A program made the position numbers and the translations under genes. Shown here in pieces: positions 10,277 to 19,795 of a stretch of 64,000 nucleotides of DNA. Every line of letters starts with the position of its first letter. The first letter of the stretch is position 1. Source of the DNA: Candidatus Limimorpha sp. (GTDB lineage Bacteria > Bacteroidota > Bacteroidia > Bacteroidales > F082); assembly GCA_045117495.1 (NCBI GenBank), contig JBGUNT010000089.1:75-64074 (forward strand), read 5' to 3'. The notes below the pieces were generated by a model. It was given only the letters and a program-made list of their open reading frames with translations, was not told where the DNA came from and did no database searches.

Positions 10277-10461
10277 GTGATTTTTGACATGGCGATAGCG
10301 ATTTGCGGTGAATTATTTTTTCGCTGCAAAGTAACGGAGTTTGTCAAGACCGAGCCGTTGATTAAACGTTTGTAGTCGACAGCAGTCGTTTGTTGTCGTT
10401 TGTTGTCGGGTATATTATTGGTTTGCAATATTTTCTATTCAACAGAGATTGAAACCTCCGT

Positions 10462-11790
10462 TCATATCCGCTTCCTTCCCCAGTCAGCCTTCCAAATATA
10501 CACCAGCGAAATCAGGCCGATGGAGATGTTGTAGACCCACTCGGCGGTCCACACGCCAGCGATGGTGGAGGTCTTCGACATCAGGAAGACATAGATGATG
10601 TAGATGATGAGGATGCCAAATTCCAAGGCCATGGCGGCCGTGGTGTTGCCCGTGCCCGAGACAGCCTCGAAGAAGGTCATGGAGAAAGCGCCCAACAAGG
10701 TGGCGGCACAGATCACATACACCGAAGGAATGGCCGCCTGCGCCAAGGTGGTGTCGTCCGTGTAAATCTGAAGGACGAGATGCGGGATGATCGCAACAAT
10801 GACAACCAACACCAACGAGCATAAGAAGCTGTTCTTCACCACTTTCCAGACGCTCGACATCACCTCGTTGCTCTTGCCCTCACCAATGATGCGGCTCGTC
10901 AAAGTGTTGGCAGTCGAGGCAAAGGCGATGCCTGGGATGATGAGGATCATATAGGTGCTGCGGACCACCGACGAAACGCCGATGGCGGTCTCGCCCATCT
11001 TCTCAATCATGACGAAGAAGATGAACCAGGCACCGAACGAGAACAGCCGCTGTATCATGCTCGGGAAAGCCACCTTGAGGATGTCGCCCATCAAAGCGGG
11101 CTGCCACTTGTGCCAACGAAACATGCCATATTCCTCATGCGGTATCTTGATGTAGGTGTAAATCCAGAAGAAGAAAAACGCCGTGATTTCGGCCAACAGC
11201 GAAGCCAAAGCCGCGCCACCGATGCCCATCTCGGGCAGACCCACGTGGCCGAAGATCAAGGCCCAGTCAAAAAAGATGTTGACCACGGCCATGATGATGG
11301 TTGAGAAGGTGATCACCTGGGTGCTGCTGATGCCGACATAAAAGGAGCGGAACAGGAAGTTGAACACCACGAACATGATGCCGAACTGCCTGAATCTCAA
11401 ATACTCGCTCGCCGCCGCATAAATGTTTTCCGACTCAATGATGACATGCAACAGCCTATGGCTGAAGAAGAATAGGATACTGAACAGCAAGATGCCCAAA
11501 CCCAGCACAAACAATGCCCCATGCTGAAACACCACGCCGATTTTGCTGAAGTTGCCCTCTCCGTAACGCCGCGCAATAAAGATCTGTATGCCCACGGCAA
11601 AGCCCATCGCTAGGGTGGTGAAGACGAAATAATACAAGCCCGCCATCATGGAGGCACTCAGCTCGATGGTGCCGAGGTGACCCAAGAAAGCGGTGTCGGT
11701 GAAGGTGATGATGGTCTGCGCCAGGTTACCCAACATGATAGGGTAAGCGATGCGCCAGATCTCGCGGTTCGATACGGTGGTTTTAATCAT
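10462..11790 (-). CDS. MATE-family efflux transporter
   Basis: 12-TM profile. N-terminal MATE signature IWRIAYPIMLGNLAQ. Start placed at MIKTT; the ORF is open to 11838. Confidence 0.85.
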   Translation of the reverse strand: MIKTTVSNREIWRIAYPIMLGNLAQTIITFTDTAFLGHLGTIELSASMMAGLYYFVFTTLAMGFAVGIQIFIARRYGEGNFSKIGVVFQHGALFVLGLGILLFSILFFFSHRLLHVIIESENIYAAASEYLRFRQFGIMFVVFNFLFRSFYVGISSTQVITFSTIIMAVVNIFFDWALIFGHVGLPEMGIGGAALASLLAEITAFFFFWIYTYIKIPHEEYGMFRWHKWQPALMGDILKVAFPSMIQRLFSFGAWFIFFVMIEKMGETAIGVSSVVRSTYMILIIPGIAFASTANTLTSRIIGEGKSNEVMSSVWKVVKNSFLCSLVLVVIVAIIPHLVLQIYTDDTTLAQAAIPSVYVICAATLLGAFSMTFFEAVSGTGNTTAAMALEFGILIIYIIYVFLMSKTSTIAGVWTAEWVYNISIGLISLVYIWKADWGRKRI

Positions 11791-11824
11791 GCTGCAAAGA
11801 TAGGAATTTATTAGCACATTAATG

Positions 11825-11920
11825 TCGCTTTGCGTCACTGCGAGGAACGAAGCAGTCCAGACATCAAGCTCTTTATCTGGATTGCTTCGTCGTTCCTCCT
11901 CGCAATGACGCGAAGCGGCT
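11825..11920. repeat. complete family-A palindromic (REP-like) element
   Basis: Left arm GCGTCACTGCGAGGAACGAAGCAGTCCAGA and right arm TCTGGATTGCTTCGTCGTTCCTCCTCGCAATGACGC form a long imperfect hairpin in the MATE/nnr intergenic region. Confidence 0.8.
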
Positions 11921-11925
11921 CAAAT

Positions 11926-13434
11926 TCACTTTGAGCGAAGCGAAAAGAAAGCCTTCCCCAGATGCTCCGTGATATCAGAAGCAATCAAAGCCTCCTGCCC
12001 TATCTCGTCAACGGCGAGGTCGCCAGCGAGGCCGTGGAGATAGACACCCAACACTGCGGCTTCCTCAGGAGAATAGCGTTGCGCCAAGAGCGAGAGGATA
12101 ATGCCCGTCAGCACATCGCCGCTACCCGCCGTGGCCATGCCGGGATTGCCTGTGGTGTTGAAGAAGATGGTGCCGTTAGGCATCGCGACGGTGGTATGCG
12201 CGCCTTTCACGATGACGATGAGGTTGTATTTGGTAGCCAGTTCGCGCTGTTTTTCAAGGCGCTCAAAAGAGTTCGAGGTCTTACCCACCAAGCGTTCAAA
12301 CTCCTTGGGATGCGGTGTCAGTATCGTTTTGGCTGGCAGGAACGGCAGCCAAGTTGGGTTGTCGGAGAGGATGTTCAAGGCGTCGGCATCCATGACGAGT
12401 GGCACCTGCACTTCTTGGATGAGTCGTTTCAGGGCATGGACAGTGTCGTCAGCCTTGCCCAAGCCCGGACCTACGCCCACAGCGGTATAGGCATCCAGAT
12501 GTCCAAACGATGAGAAGCAGGTTTCGGAATCATCACCATCAATCATCGCCTCGGGGATGGCGGTCTGCAAAGGCAGTTGCGCCACCTTGGGCAAATGTAC
12601 GCTCAGCAAACCGACACCCGTGCGCAGACAGGCTTTCGTTCCTAGCAAAGCCGCACCCGTCTTGCCTTCGGAGCCAGCGATGAGCAGTGCGTGACCGTAG
12701 GTGCCTTTGTGGGAATATTTCGTGCGGTTGTGCAGTATCGGTCTCACCATCGCCTTGACCGTCAGCAGGTTGTTGGTCTCCACCTCTTCCAAATAGCGAG
12801 GGTGCAAACCGATGTCCAAGACCTCGAAGCGACCCACATACGGGTCGTTTTCGGGCAACAGGTAAGCCAACTTAGGATTTTGGAAGGTCAGCGTGTAGTC
12901 GGCCTTGAAGATGAAACCCAAGGCGCTGGGTTGGTCAGCGAAGAGGCCCGAGGGGATGTCGATGGCCACGCGGATGGCTTTGGTCTGGTTGAGGTAGGCA
13001 ATTAGGTCGGCGGTCATGCCCTGCGGCGGACGGTTGAGGCCCGAGCCAAAGATGGCATCGACCACCACATCGTTTGCATCCACTTTCGGGAAGTCGTCCT
13101 CGGTGAGGATGTCGAACATCGGCACCTTGGTCTCGTTCACAAGGCGGTAGTAGTTCACCTCGCAGTCGTGGCTCATGCGGTCGCTATGGCGCACCATAAA
13201 CACTTGCGGGACAATGTCTTGTTGGTTAAGCAGTCGGGCCACAACGAGGCCGTCGCCGCCGTTGTTGCCCATGCCGCAGAAGATCTTGATGGTCTTGTCG
13301 CGCGGCGCACGACGGTAGAGCCACTCGAAGACTTTCGTTGCCGCCCGTTCCATCAGGTCGACGGACTCGATGGGTTCGTTTTCTATCGTGTATTTGTCCG
13401 CTTCACGGATTTGTTCAACTGACAATATCTTCAT
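11926..13434 (-). CDS. nnr: bifunctional NAD(P)H-hydrate epimerase / ADP-dependent dehydratase
   Basis: YjeF N-terminal motif GNNGGDGLV. C-terminal carbohydrate-kinase motif GSGDVLTG. Confidence 0.9.
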   Translation of the reverse strand: MKILSVEQIREADKYTIENEPIESVDLMERAATKVFEWLYRRAPRDKTIKIFCGMGNNGGDGLVVARLLNQQDIVPQVFMVRHSDRMSHDCEVNYYRLVNETKVPMFDILTEDDFPKVDANDVVVDAIFGSGLNRPPQGMTADLIAYLNQTKAIRVAIDIPSGLFADQPSALGFIFKADYTLTFQNPKLAYLLPENDPYVGRFEVLDIGLHPRYLEEVETNNLLTVKAMVRPILHNRTKYSHKGTYGHALLIAGSEGKTGAALLGTKACLRTGVGLLSVHLPKVAQLPLQTAIPEAMIDGDDSETCFSSFGHLDAYTAVGVGPGLGKADDTVHALKRLIQEVQVPLVMDADALNILSDNPTWLPFLPAKTILTPHPKEFERLVGKTSNSFERLEKQRELATKYNLIVIVKGAHTTVAMPNGTIFFNTTGNPGMATAGSGDVLTGIILSLLAQRYSPEEAAVLGVYLHGLAGDLAVDEIGQEALIASDITEHLGKAFFSLRSK

Positions 13435-14027
13435 AGCTTCTCAAATTCTTTTTGCAGTTTCTCCTTTCCCTCAAACAATATCCCCGTAATTCCCAAAGCA
13501 TTCGCTGCTGCGACATTATTCGGATTATCATCAATAAACACCGTCTCCTCGGCCTTAATGCCGAAGCGCTGCAAGGCTAATTGGAAAATCCTCGGGTCGG
13601 GCTTCATCACCCGCTCGATGCCCGAAATCACCATGTCTTCCATAAGGTTGAGGACGGGATAAACAGGTCTTACCAAAGCAAAGGTCTCCTCCGACCAGTT
13701 GGACAGTCCAAACACACGGAAGCCTTTGTCCTTCAGTTCCTTGACCAATTCCTCCATGCCAGGTATCTGTCCGCCCATCATCTTCATGAAGTCGCCGTAA
13801 TATAGCTCGATTTCCTTCTTCCACTCGGGATACTCGGCAATGAGTTCCGCCGTGCCTTCTGCCACAGGACGACCATTGTCGTGTTGGGCGTTCCATTCGT
13901 AGGTGCAGATGTGGGTGAGGAACCATTCGGCCTTGTACACATCGCCGAAATAAGGATCATAGAGGTAATGCGGGTTCCAGTCGAGGAGCACGCCGCCGTA
14001 GTCGAATATAATGTTTTTGATCATCAT
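13431..14027 (-). CDS. HAD-superfamily hydrolase
   Basis: Motif I FDYGGVL and motif IV FIDDNPNN. Start moved to MMIKN because the upstream ORF extension translates a repeat element (PAMTV). Confidence 0.8.
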   Translation of the reverse strand: MMIKNIIFDYGGVLLDWNPHYLYDPYFGDVYKAEWFLTHICTYEWNAQHDNGRPVAEGTAELIAEYPEWKKEIELYYGDFMKMMGGQIPGMEELVKELKDKGFRVFGLSNWSEETFALVRPVYPVLNLMEDMVISGIERVMKPDPRIFQLALQRFGIKAEETVFIDDNPNNVAAANALGITGILFEGKEKLQKEFEKL

Positions 14028-14061
14028 TCCATTTTTACGAAGGACATAACCGAGCCCTTTT

Positions 14062-14197
14062 ACCGTCATTGCGGGCTTGACCCGCAAATCGAAGATTAGC
14101 TACGCTGAATCAAAGATTTCGACGTAGTCAATCTCCTATACGTAAGGGTGTCGTCTCCGCACGTAGGAGATGGCGGATCCTTGTCCGCCATGACGGG
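14062..14197. mobile_element. gene-less miniature element bounded by inverted hairpins (CCGTCAT-hairpin-AATC ... GAGAT-hairpin-ATGACGG)
   Basis: Left end at 14062-14090 has the GCGGGCTTGACCCGC hairpin. Right end at 14167-14197 has the GGCGGATCCTTGTCCGCC hairpin. Same terminal architecture as the two GIY-YIG cassettes at 57.3 and 58.8 kb. Confidence 0.6.
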
Positions 14198-14284
14198 TAT
14201 AGGATGAGTGTTGTTTTACCCGGTACAATGTCCACACTCGTCTATATTTTGCCGCAAAGTTAACGAAAAACTCAAAGAAAACCG

Positions 14285-14292
14285 TATTTTTG
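14285..14292 (+). promoter_or_regulatory. -7 box TATTTTTG
   Basis: 20 nt upstream of the tex ATG at 14312. Confidence 0.5.
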
Positions 14293-14311
14293 CATCTTTA
14301 AACCAGAAAAC

Positions 14312-16447
14312 ATGCCCAACACCATAGACTTCGCTGCGCAAATCGCACAGGAACTCGACCTCGCCACGCATCATGTGGCCAACGTCATTCGCCTCTTCGA
14401 CGAAGGCGCCACCATCCCCTTCATCGCCCGCTACCGCAAGGAAATGACCGGCACGATGAATGAAGAGAATGTGGCCGCCGTGCAGAAACGCCTGGAGCAA
14501 CTCGTTGAACTCCAAAAACGCAAGGAAAGCGTCATCGCCTCCATCCGCGAGCAGGAGAAACTCACGCCCGAACTGGAACAAAGGATACTGAACGCCAAGA
14601 CTTTGCAGGAAGTTGAGGATTTATATCTCCCCTACAAGCCCAAACGCCGCACCCGCGCCGCCATCGCCCGCGAGAAAGGCCTGGAGCCACTGGCCGCACA
14701 AATCATGGCGCAGAACGTGGACATGGTGGACCGCCTCGCGGCACGATACGTCAACGCGGGCAAGGGTGTCAACGACATCGAGGAAGCCCTGCAAGGTGCC
14801 AAGGACATCATGGCCGAATGGGTCTCGGAGAACATCAACGGGCGCAACCGCATCCGCAAAATCTTCCACATGCAGGGCGACATCAGCTCCGCCGTGGTCA
14901 AAGGCAAAGAAGAGGAAGGCAAGACCTACCAGCAGTATTTCGACTTCCGCGAGCCGATTTCCGAAGCGCCCTCGCACCGCCTCCTCGCCCTATTCCGCGC
15001 AGAGGAAGAAGGCATGGTGAAGCTGAAAATCAAGGTGGACGACGACTTTGTGCTGAACTCGTTGGAGAGCATCTTCCTGAAGAACGACAACGAATCGTCG
15101 GAGCTCGTACGCGAAGCCATCGCCGACTCATGGAAACGCCTCTTGGAGCCTTCCATTGAGACCGAGATCCGCAATTATTATAAGGAGAAGGCCGACGAGA
15201 CCGCCATCCGCGTCTTCGCCGAGAACCTGAAACAGCTGCTTTTGGCCGCCCCGTTGGGCCAGAAGCGCGTACTTGCCATCGACCCGGGCTTCCGCACGGG
15301 CTGCAAAGTGGTGGTCTTGAGCGAAACGGGAGCCTTGCTCCACAACGAGACCATCTACCCTCACCCGCCCAAGTCGGACACGGTGGGTGCCATGCGCAAG
15401 ATCAAGAGCCTCGTGGATGCTTACCGCATCAAGGTCATCGCCATCGGCAACGGCACGGCGGGACGCGAGACCGAGGACTTCATCCGCTCCATCAAGTTCG
15501 ACCGCGACCTGATGGCCGTGATGGTGAGCGAGAGCGGCGCCTCAGTGTATTCCGCCTCCAAGATCGCCCGCGATGAGTTCCCCGACTACGACATCACGGT
15601 GCGCGGCGCCGTCAGCATCGGGCGCCGACTGATGGACCCACTGGCCGAGTTGGTGAAGATCGACCCGAAGAGCATCGGCGTGGGACAATACCAGCACGAC
15701 GTCGACCAAAAGAAACTCGGCGAGAGCCTCGACCAGACCGTGGAGAGCTGCGTGAACGCCGTCGGCGTGGAACTCAACACCGCCAGCCAGCAGCTGCTGT
15801 CGTATGTGAGCGGCGTCGGGCCCACCTTGGCCTACAACATCGTCCACTACCGCGACGAAATCGGGGGCTTCAAGACGCGCCAACAACTCTATGGCGTGCC
15901 GCGCCTCGGCGACAAGGCCTTCGAGCAATGCGCCGGTTTCCTGCGCATCCATAACGGCGACAACCCCTTGGACCAAAGCGCCGTCCACCCCGAGAGCTAC
16001 CACATCGTGGAAAAGATGGCCAAGAAGCTGAACGTGAAGGTGAAAGACCTCATCGGCAACAAGGAACTCATCGCCCGAATCAACCCGAAGGACTTCGTGG
16101 AAGAGCATTTCGGCTTGGAGACCATCAACGACATCTTGGCCGAACTCGACAAGCCTGGCCGCGACCCGAGAAAGTCGTTCGAAGCCTTCGAGTTCGACAA
16201 GAACATCCGCGAAGTCAAGGACTTGCGCGTTGGCATGACGCTCAACGGCATCGTCACCAACATCACCGCCTTTGGCGCTTTTGTCGACATCGGTGTGCAT
16301 CAGGACGGCCTCGTCCACATCAGTCAGATGGCCGACCATTACATCAAAGATCCGAATGAAGTGGTGCATTTGAACCAGAAGGTTAAAGTCAAGGTACTGG
16401 ATGTGGATGCCAGCAGGAACAGAATCAGTTTGACGATGAAATTGTAA
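14312..16447 (+). CDS. tex: Tex-like RNA-binding transcription accessory protein
   Basis: 711 aa. N-terminal motif IARYRKE, YqgF/HhH middle region, C-terminal S1 domain (GIVTNITAFGAFVDIG). Confidence 0.9.
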   Translation: MPNTIDFAAQIAQELDLATHHVANVIRLFDEGATIPFIARYRKEMTGTMNEENVAAVQKRLEQLVELQKRKESVIASIREQEKLTPELEQRILNAKTLQEVEDLYLPYKPKRRTRAAIAREKGLEPLAAQIMAQNVDMVDRLAARYVNAGKGVNDIEEALQGAKDIMAEWVSENINGRNRIRKIFHMQGDISSAVVKGKEEEGKTYQQYFDFREPISEAPSHRLLALFRAEEEGMVKLKIKVDDDFVLNSLESIFLKNDNESSELVREAIADSWKRLLEPSIETEIRNYYKEKADETAIRVFAENLKQLLLAAPLGQKRVLAIDPGFRTGCKVVVLSETGALLHNETIYPHPPKSDTVGAMRKIKSLVDAYRIKVIAIGNGTAGRETEDFIRSIKFDRDLMAVMVSESGASVYSASKIARDEFPDYDITVRGAVSIGRRLMDPLAELVKIDPKSIGVGQYQHDVDQKKLGESLDQTVESCVNAVGVELNTASQQLLSYVSGVGPTLAYNIVHYRDEIGGFKTRQQLYGVPRLGDKAFEQCAGFLRIHNGDNPLDQSAVHPESYHIVEKMAKKLNVKVKDLIGNKELIARINPKDFVEEHFGLETINDILAELDKPGRDPRKSFEAFEFDKNIREVKDLRVGMTLNGIVTNITAFGAFVDIGVHQDGLVHISQMADHYIKDPNEVVHLNQKVKVKVLDVDASRNRISLTMKL

Positions 16448-16513
16448 TTTTGCACCTCTATTCGCAATAAAAACCGACGTAATTCAGTTTATAGAAACAA
16501 ATCGTTTTAAACA

Positions 16514-17344
16514 ATGAAGAGAATCAGAATCGCTACCCTATTGCTGACTTTATTATTGGCCATTCCAGCCCTACTTCATGCCCAGATCATCAAAGGTGAA
16601 GTGTTTTTGGGTGCCAATGGCTGCCAAGTGGATGGAGACGAGTGCTACGGCTTCAAGAAATTCGGCGTTCATGCCGGCGCCGGTGCTTTGGTGCCTCTCA
16701 CCAGCTGGATGGATGTCGGCCTCGAAGTGCTCTTCAACCAAAAAGGCGCTTTCAAACGCGACAGCATCACCTACAACAGCACCTATCCACACGCATATAA
16801 CTTAAAACTCAACTACGTGGAAGTGCCCTTGATGCTTTATATCACCGACAAGAATTCCGTTTCGGCAGGCATTGGCGTCTCCTACGGACGTATCGTCGGC
16901 ATCGATGAAAAGAACGACGGCGTCTCGACGGGCATCGGCATCGGCGACGGACACCTTCACTGGAAAGAAAACGAGGAAAGCATGCCCGACATCAGCGGCG
17001 TGACCAACCTCGATCAATTGGCCGACATTGTATATTCCTCTGGGTTCCATGACACCATCCCCATCCCTCAAGTCATTGCCAACTCCAACACCTATAGGCC
17101 ACACGATTTCAACATCTGCGCCAACATCAGGTTTCGTTTATGGGAAGGTTTCCATGCCGAGATGCGTTACCAATACTCTCTCCGACCCATCCGCACCCGT
17201 CTATACTATTCCAACGTTACTGAAACACTGCCGAGCCAGGTCCGTTTGCAATACAACAACACATTCACCCTCAGGCTCGTTTACATGTTCAATGAACGCA
17301 GAAGTAAAGTCAACAAGGAAGACATGAAAAAAGGAGGGCAATAA
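16514..17344 (+). CDS. outer-membrane beta-barrel (porin-family) protein
   Basis: Signal peptide ending LHAQ. Alternating beta-strand pattern with aromatic C-terminal strands. Confidence 0.55.
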   Translation: MKRIRIATLLLTLLLAIPALLHAQIIKGEVFLGANGCQVDGDECYGFKKFGVHAGAGALVPLTSWMDVGLEVLFNQKGAFKRDSITYNSTYPHAYNLKLNYVEVPLMLYITDKNSVSAGIGVSYGRIVGIDEKNDGVSTGIGIGDGHLHWKENEESMPDISGVTNLDQLADIVYSSGFHDTIPIPQVIANSNTYRPHDFNICANIRFRLWEGFHAEMRYQYSLRPIRTRLYYSNVTETLPSQVRLQYNNTFTLRLVYMFNERRSKVNKEDMKKGGQ

Positions 17345-17347
17345 AGC

Positions 17348-18058
17348 CTAACCCAAGTAATAGTCTTTTAGGAATTCCGTGTATTGTTGTGTGAAGTGAT
17401 TGTCGGCACCCCGAATCACGAACATTTCCTCTTTGACAACGTCGCAAGGCGAAAACCCCAATTCCAGATTCACCCGATTCGGTTCCCTCTCTGCTATGGG
17501 AACGATGGCCATACGTTTCTGAAGAAACAAGCCCATATGCTCGGCCACCTTCAAGAAATCGACTGATTCGTTAAGAGGAAGCACCAAGGCAAAACGGCCG
17601 TCGGGTTTCAACAGTCTACCAACCTCACGGCATAAAGAAGCATACGGCAAGGTCTCATCGGTATGGCGGGCGCGGTTCTTACGGTCGGCCTCACATTTAT
17701 AGGAACGGTTGAAAAAAGGAGGATTGGAAATGATAAGGTCGTATCTTTTATCGGTCCGAAAATCAACGATATTTGTACAATAAGCTTGCAAAAGATCTCG
17801 CCACTGAGAGGCCTCAAAATTCGTTTTGGCCTCCTCGAAAGAAGCTTCATCGATATCAACGGCATCAACATGAGCCACGCCCTTCTGAGCCAACATCAAA
17901 GGCAATATACCACAGCCTGTACCAATGTCAAGCACATAATCTGTCGCACGCACCTCCACCCAACGTCCTAACAAAACGGCATCGGTCCCCACCTTCATCG
18001 TTGAACGGTGATGGTAGAGACTGAAATGCTTAAAGTGGAAGGGGCGTGCATCGATCAT
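17348..18058 (-). CDS. tRNA (adenine37-N6)-methyltransferase (TrmN6/YfiC-like)
   Basis: SAM motif LDIGTGCGILPL. Catalytic NPPF motif. Confidence 0.8.
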   Translation of the reverse strand: MIDARPFHFKHFSLYHHRSTMKVGTDAVLLGRWVEVRATDYVLDIGTGCGILPLMLAQKGVAHVDAVDIDEASFEEAKTNFEASQWRDLLQAYCTNIVDFRTDKRYDLIISNPPFFNRSYKCEADRKNRARHTDETLPYASLCREVGRLLKPDGRFALVLPLNESVDFLKVAEHMGLFLQKRMAIVPIAEREPNRVNLELGFSPCDVVKEEMFVIRGADNHFTQQYTEFLKDYYLG

Positions 18059-18579
18059 TGCAAATACATGTCTATCAGCCCCTCGGGAGCTGTTATAGTA
18101 AGGATTTTTTTATTGCGGTCAACACTTTGGATCACCTGGTCAAGAATCGGGACAAGGATTTCTTTCTTATCCTTCATGACTTGCAGGATGGCTTGGGTGG
18201 GGTATTCCAACACCTGACTGACAGGTCCAAGCTCACCTTTCTCCGTGTCGACCACGGTGAAGCCTACGATTTCATGATAATAGAACTGCTTCCCACTGAG
18301 CTTAGGCAGCATCTCCAAAGGCAGGTAGGCCTGCTTGCCGACCAGGTGTTGCGCCGCCTCTATAGTCTTCACATCTTGAACAGCGATAAAGAATTTATCG
18401 CCGCTCATCGTGATCTTCTCCACAAAAAATGGTGTCAACACCTTGTTGATTTCGAGGAAAAAATGCTTCATCTCGAGGTAAGCCGATGGATCATCGGCGT
18501 CCACCTTGAGGGTCACCTCCCCTTTCAAGCCATGGGTCTTGGCAACCGTGCCCAGGTAAAAACAATCTTCTTTTTTCAT
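18055..18579 (-). CDS. rimM: 16S rRNA processing protein RimM
   Basis: N-terminal signature GTVAKTHGLKGEV. PRC-barrel C-terminus. Confidence 0.88.
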   Translation of the reverse strand: MKKEDCFYLGTVAKTHGLKGEVTLKVDADDPSAYLEMKHFFLEINKVLTPFFVEKITMSGDKFFIAVQDVKTIEAAQHLVGKQAYLPLEMLPKLSGKQFYYHEIVGFTVVDTEKGELGPVSQVLEYPTQAILQVMKDKKEILVPILDQVIQSVDRNKKILTITAPEGLIDMYLQ

Positions 18580-18596
18580 AGTCGTTTTTTATGCTG

Positions 18597-18604
18597 CAAA
18601 GATA
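18597..18604 (-). promoter_or_regulatory. -7 box (TATCTTTG on minus strand) for rimM
   Basis: Plus-strand CAAAGATA, 18 nt upstream of the rimM ATG. Divergent partner box TATTTTTG at 18613-18620 precedes the plus-strand gene. Confidence 0.5.
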
Positions 18605-18637
18605 AGAATTATTATTTTTGCCGCTCATTTTTATGTC

Positions 18638-19723
18638 ATGCACGAGTTTTCGCATTTGTTTTTGGATGTGCTGAGAAACAGCGTCTTAATCACCGGCTTG
18701 GTGATTATCATGATGCTGTTGCTTGAGTTTGTCAACCTCAACTCGCATGGGAAGTGGTTCAACAGGCTACGCCAGCGACCTTTCGGACAGATTGTTTTGG
18801 GCACGGGTTTGGGGCTCATCCCTGGCTGCATGGGTGGTTTTGCTGCCGTTTCGATGTATTCGCACAAGTTGCTGACTTTCGGCGCGTTGGTAGCCATGAT
18901 GATTGCCTCATCGGGCGATGAAGCCTTCGTCATGCTCGCCATGATACCGAAACAGGCCTTGTTGCTGATGGGCATCTTGTTTGTCATCGCCATCCTCACG
19001 GGCTGGCTTGTGGATAGGTTTTCCAAACCGAATGTCAAGGCCCAACACGAAGGCTGCGAGGACGGCTACCAGATCCATGAGGAAGACCACCACGATGAAA
19101 CCCACAAGCCAGAAAAAGCATCGTTCCGCCATATGCGCCACGCCAGCGCAGAGCGTATCGCCTTGCTGCTTGGCGTCATCCTTTTCATCGTGGCTTTAGC
19201 GTTCGGCATGTTCGAGCATGGGCACGAGGAAGTGACTCACACGCAGCTCAATATCTTTGACGAATACTGGATGAATCTCATCTTTGCACTCCTTAGCCTA
19301 TTCGTGGTGTGGTTCATCGCCACTGCACCCGAGCATGTCGTCAAGGAGCACCTCTGGGAGCACATCATCCGCAAGCATTTCCTGAGCATCTTCCTTTGGA
19401 CCTTTGGCGCCCTATTCGTCATCCAAGTCGGTTTGCATTACTTTGATATTGAAACACTTATAAGCAACAACATCCCATGGATGGTCCTTTTGGCTGTCTT
19501 GGTGGGCATCATCCCCGAGTCGGGACCGCATTTGCTGTTCGTCACCTTGTTTGCCACGGGCACAGTGCCCTTCTCGGTGCTGTTGGCCAGTTCCATCTCG
19601 CAGGACGGCCACGCCTCGTTGCCTTTGCTTGCAGAGAGCAAACGTAGTTTCGTCAAGGCAAAGATTGTCAATGCTTTGGTGGCGGCAGTTTGTGGGTATT
19701 TGTGTTATTTTATTGGTTTTTAA
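18638..19723 (+). CDS. 10-TM putative metal/arsenical exporter (ArsP_2-like family)
   Basis: 361 aa, polytopic. Recalled family-like segments SSGDEAF and IPESGPHL. His-rich central loop. Confidence 0.5.
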   Translation: MHEFSHLFLDVLRNSVLITGLVIIMMLLLEFVNLNSHGKWFNRLRQRPFGQIVLGTGLGLIPGCMGGFAAVSMYSHKLLTFGALVAMMIASSGDEAFVMLAMIPKQALLLMGILFVIAILTGWLVDRFSKPNVKAQHEGCEDGYQIHEEDHHDETHKPEKASFRHMRHASAERIALLLGVILFIVALAFGMFEHGHEEVTHTQLNIFDEYWMNLIFALLSLFVVWFIATAPEHVVKEHLWEHIIRKHFLSIFLWTFGALFVIQVGLHYFDIETLISNNIPWMVLLAVLVGIIPESGPHLLFVTLFATGTVPFSVLLASSISQDGHASLPLLAESKRSFVKAKIVNALVAAVCGYLCYFIGF

Positions 19724-19730
19724 GAGCATT

Positions 19731-19756
19731 GAGATTCCCTTCGGGAATCTTTTTTC
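19731..19756 (+). terminator. intrinsic terminator, family-D hairpin GAGATTCCCTTCGGGAATC plus T6
   Basis: Perfect 7-bp stem and T-run, 8 nt after the stop. The same hairpin sequence recurs at 28773, 47414 and 47522. Confidence 0.8.
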
Positions 19757-19779
19757 GCTTGACATATCGAAAAAAGCTG

Positions 19780-19787
19780 TATTTTTG
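19780..19787 (+). promoter_or_regulatory. -7 box TATTTTTG preceding the TPP riboswitch
   Basis: TAnnTTTG match about 10 nt upstream of the riboswitch 5' end. Confidence 0.5.
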
Positions 19788-19795
19788 CCGCCGAT

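Noticed and set aside
10386-10412. Direct repeat GTCGTTTGTTGTCGTTTGTTGTCG in the recA/MATE spacer.
   Set aside because: It has only two short units, no associated structure or ORF, and no second occurrence in the window.
10228-10428. 66-aa ORF in the recA upstream region, and small ORFs in the 2067-2302 spacer.
   Set aside because: They lie in AT-rich promoter and leader DNA, have no motifs, and overlap the predicted -7 boxes and a terminator.
11793-11804. TATCTTTG-like -7 box (minus strand) directly abutting the MIKTT start of the MATE gene.
   Set aside because: It is too close to the ATG to leave a leader. It is probably a chance match, or it implies a different start, and this cannot be decided from sequence alone.
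13555-13926. 123-aa alternative-frame ORF inside the HAD gene, and similar internal same-strand ORFs (10484-10822, 29015-29434, 59429-59791).
   Set aside because: They are out-of-frame overlaps within genes whose main frame carries the family motifs. Their composition is Arg/Pro/Ser-rich, which is typical of off-frame translation.
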